Below are positions 62,172 through 64,000 of a stretch of 64,000 bases of DNA, piece after piece; within the stretch, counting starts at the first letter, position 1, and every line of letters begins with the position of its first letter. The notes beneath the pieces are model-generated. The model saw only the letters and a list, made by a program, of their open reading frames with translations, was not told the origin of the DNA and made no database searches. The stretch covers positions 2,560,001 through 2,624,000 of the forward strand of contig OZ253580.1 in assembly GCA_965263035.1 (NCBI GenBank). The letters run 5' to 3'. A program made the translations under genes and the position numbers. This DNA is from Acidobacteriota bacterium. Its GTDB lineage: Bacteria; Acidobacteriota; UBA6911; RPQK01; JAJDTT01.

Positions 62172-64000
62172 GTGATCAGAGGGGTTTCCGCGGTCCTGGC
62201 CGCCGCATCGCTGGCCGTGAGCCTGGCCGCGGGTACTGGAAGCAGACTGGCCGGAACCCGTCCCCTGCGGATGAAAGGGGACCTGTCTCTTCGGTTGGTA
62301 GAGGCGACCGACCGATTCCTGCTGCGGCGGATCGCCGAGTCGCCGAAGTCAAGAGAAAAATTCTGGAGCTGGGACTACTCCTCCCCGCGGTCGTACCTGG
62401 AATCGATCGAGTCGAACCGGGATCGATTTCGGCGCCGCATCGGCGCGGTGGACGACAGACTTCCGGTGGGGGACCTGGAACTGGTGGCCACCCTCACCGG
62501 TCCGTCCCTGGTTGCCGAGAACGGGCGACTCCGTGTGTTCGCCGTTCGCTGGCCGGTCCTGGACGGCGTGGACGCGGAAGGGTTGCTGGTAGAACCTGGC
62601 GGGAAAGCCCGAGCCCAGGTCGTGATTATCCCCGACGCAGACTGGACACCCGAGATGTTGGCGGGCCTGGACCCGCAGACCCCGCCCCGGCTTCAGGCCG
62701 CCCGGATCCTGGGGGAGGCGGGATGCCGGGTTCTGGTGCCGGCGCTGATCGACCGCAAGAACACCTGGTCGGGAAACCCCAGGGTCCGGATGAGCAACCA
62801 GACACACCGGGAGTTCATCTACCGGCAGGCCTACTTCATGGGGCGCCACTTGCTCGGCTACGAGGTGCAGAAGATCCTGGCGGCGCTCGACTACTTTTCC
62901 CGCAACCAGTCCGGCCCCGCCGGCCCGGATACGCCCCTTGGCGTCGCGGGACACGGAGAGGGCGGTTTGGTCGCCCTCTACACCGCCGCACTGGATTCGC
63001 GGGTGCGGGCGACGCTGGTCAGCGGTTACTTCGAACAGCGGGAGCGCGTCTGGCAGGAGCCCGTTTACCGCAACGTCTGGGGCCTCCTCGAGGAATTCGG
63101 GGACGCCGAGATCGCGAGTCTGATCGCGCCCCGCGCACTGCTCGTGGAGGCCTGCCGGGGTCCGGAGGTTCCCGGCCCTCCGCCGCCTCGAAACGGCCGT
63201 ATGGACGCGGCCTCAGGCAGGCTGGAGACTCCGCCCCTGGCCAGCGTCCGGGCCGAATTCCGGAGGGCTCGTAAGCACTTCGAACGGTTGGGAATTCCGG
63301 ACCGGCTCCGCCTGGTCGTCAGTGGCTCCGGAGAGGGTCCCCCGTTCTCTGACCGGGCGCTGGGGGCGCTGCTCTCGGCGCTGGATGACGGACTCACTCT
63401 TTCCGGTGAAAGCAGGCGAGAAGAACCGCTGCGGGATCGGCGTGCCGGGGTCGATCCCGCGATGCGGATGAAGCGCCAGTATCGGCAGTTGGTGGAACAT
63501 TGCCAGAAGCTGATGAGGCTCAGTTCCTTTCGGCGGGAACGATTCTGGTCGCAGGCAGACCCCTCATCCCCGGAACGATGGGTCCGGACGACCCGCGCCT
63601 ATCGGGATCATCTGTGGCGCGAGATCATCGGGTGGCTCCCGCCGGCCAGCGTTGAGCCTGATCCAAGGACACGCCAGATCTACGAAACGGACCGCTGGAG
63701 GGGTTACGAGGTCGTGCTCGGCACTTGGCCCGAGGTCTTCAGCTACGGCGTGATCCTGGTACCCAGGAATCTGAAGCCGGGAGAAAGACGCCCGGTCGTG
63801 GTCGCCCAGCATGGCCGGGCCGGCAGACCCCAGGACGTCTGCGACCCTGCACGAGACCAAGGCCCCTACCATGCCTTCGGCGCCAAATTGGCCGACCGCG
63901 GCTTCGTCGTCTACGCCCCTCAGAATCTCTACATCGGCGAGGAGAAGTACCGCGCGTTGCAGCGGAAGGCGAACCCGCTCAAGCTGACCTTCTTCGCCCC
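62172..64000 (+). CDS. secreted alpha/beta-hydrolase (dienelactone hydrolase-like), runs off the window end
   Basis: Hand translation from GTG 62172 gives a signal peptide; later segments read GVAGHGEGGLVALYTAALD, PVVVAQHG, LADRGFVVYAPQN; no stop seen, so absent from the ORF track. Confidence 0.75.
   Translation, partial: MIRGVSAVLAAASLAVSLAAGTGSRLAGTRPLRMKGDLSLRLVEATDRFLLRRIAESPKSREKFWSWDYSSPRSYLESIESNRDRFRRRIGAVDDRLPVGDLELVATLTGPSLVAENGRLRVFAVRWPVLDGVDAEGLLVEPGGKARAQVVIIPDADWTPEMLAGLDPQTPPRLQAARILGEAGCRVLVPALIDRKNTWSGNPRVRMSNQTHREFIYRQAYFMGRHLLGYEVQKILAALDYFSRNQSGPAGPDTPLGVAGHGEGGLVALYTAALDSRVRATLVSGYFEQRERVWQEPVYRNVWGLLEEFGDAEIASLIAPRALLVEACRGPEVPGPPPPRNGRMDAASGRLETPPLASVRAEFRRARKHFERLGIPDRLRLVVSGSGEGPPFSDRALGALLSALDDGLTLSGESRREEPLRDRRAGVDPAMRMKRQYRQLVEHCQKLMRLSSFRRERFWSQADPSSPERWVRTTRAYRDHLWREIIGWLPPASVEPDPRTRQIYETDRWRGYEVVLGTWPEVFSYGVILVPRNLKPGERRPVVVAQHGRAGRPQDVCDPARDQGPYHAFGAKLADRGFVVYAPQNLYIGEEKYRALQRKANPLKLTFFA

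Overview
High-GC bacterial chromosomal window, inferred to be Acidobacteriota (fused LptF-LptG, acidobacterial-type VWA protein, planctomycete-type PSD1/DUF1501 pairs). Housekeeping genes: nuoA-I between lipB and lipA, siroheme genes, topA-dprA, mqnA, a namZ/CYTH/murU-like/amgK-like cluster, asnS, folD, soxCD-like, and a frameshifted secA. There are also several secreted hydrolases. The mobile layer is rich. (1) A 1379-bp element (40571-41949) with 22-bp terminal inverted repeats and an 8-bp target duplication (IS1595-like signature) carries only a TnpB gene, itself interrupted by a 159-bp MITE. (2) A complete class C group II intron (12796-14643) is inserted in the tail of a REP-like palindrome. 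(3) About 16 REP-like palindromes are present, two of them in frame inside genes. (4) A ~160-bp MITE occurs three times. No CRISPR array, rRNA or tRNA was recognised. All calls come from motif recognition by eye; no database search was run.
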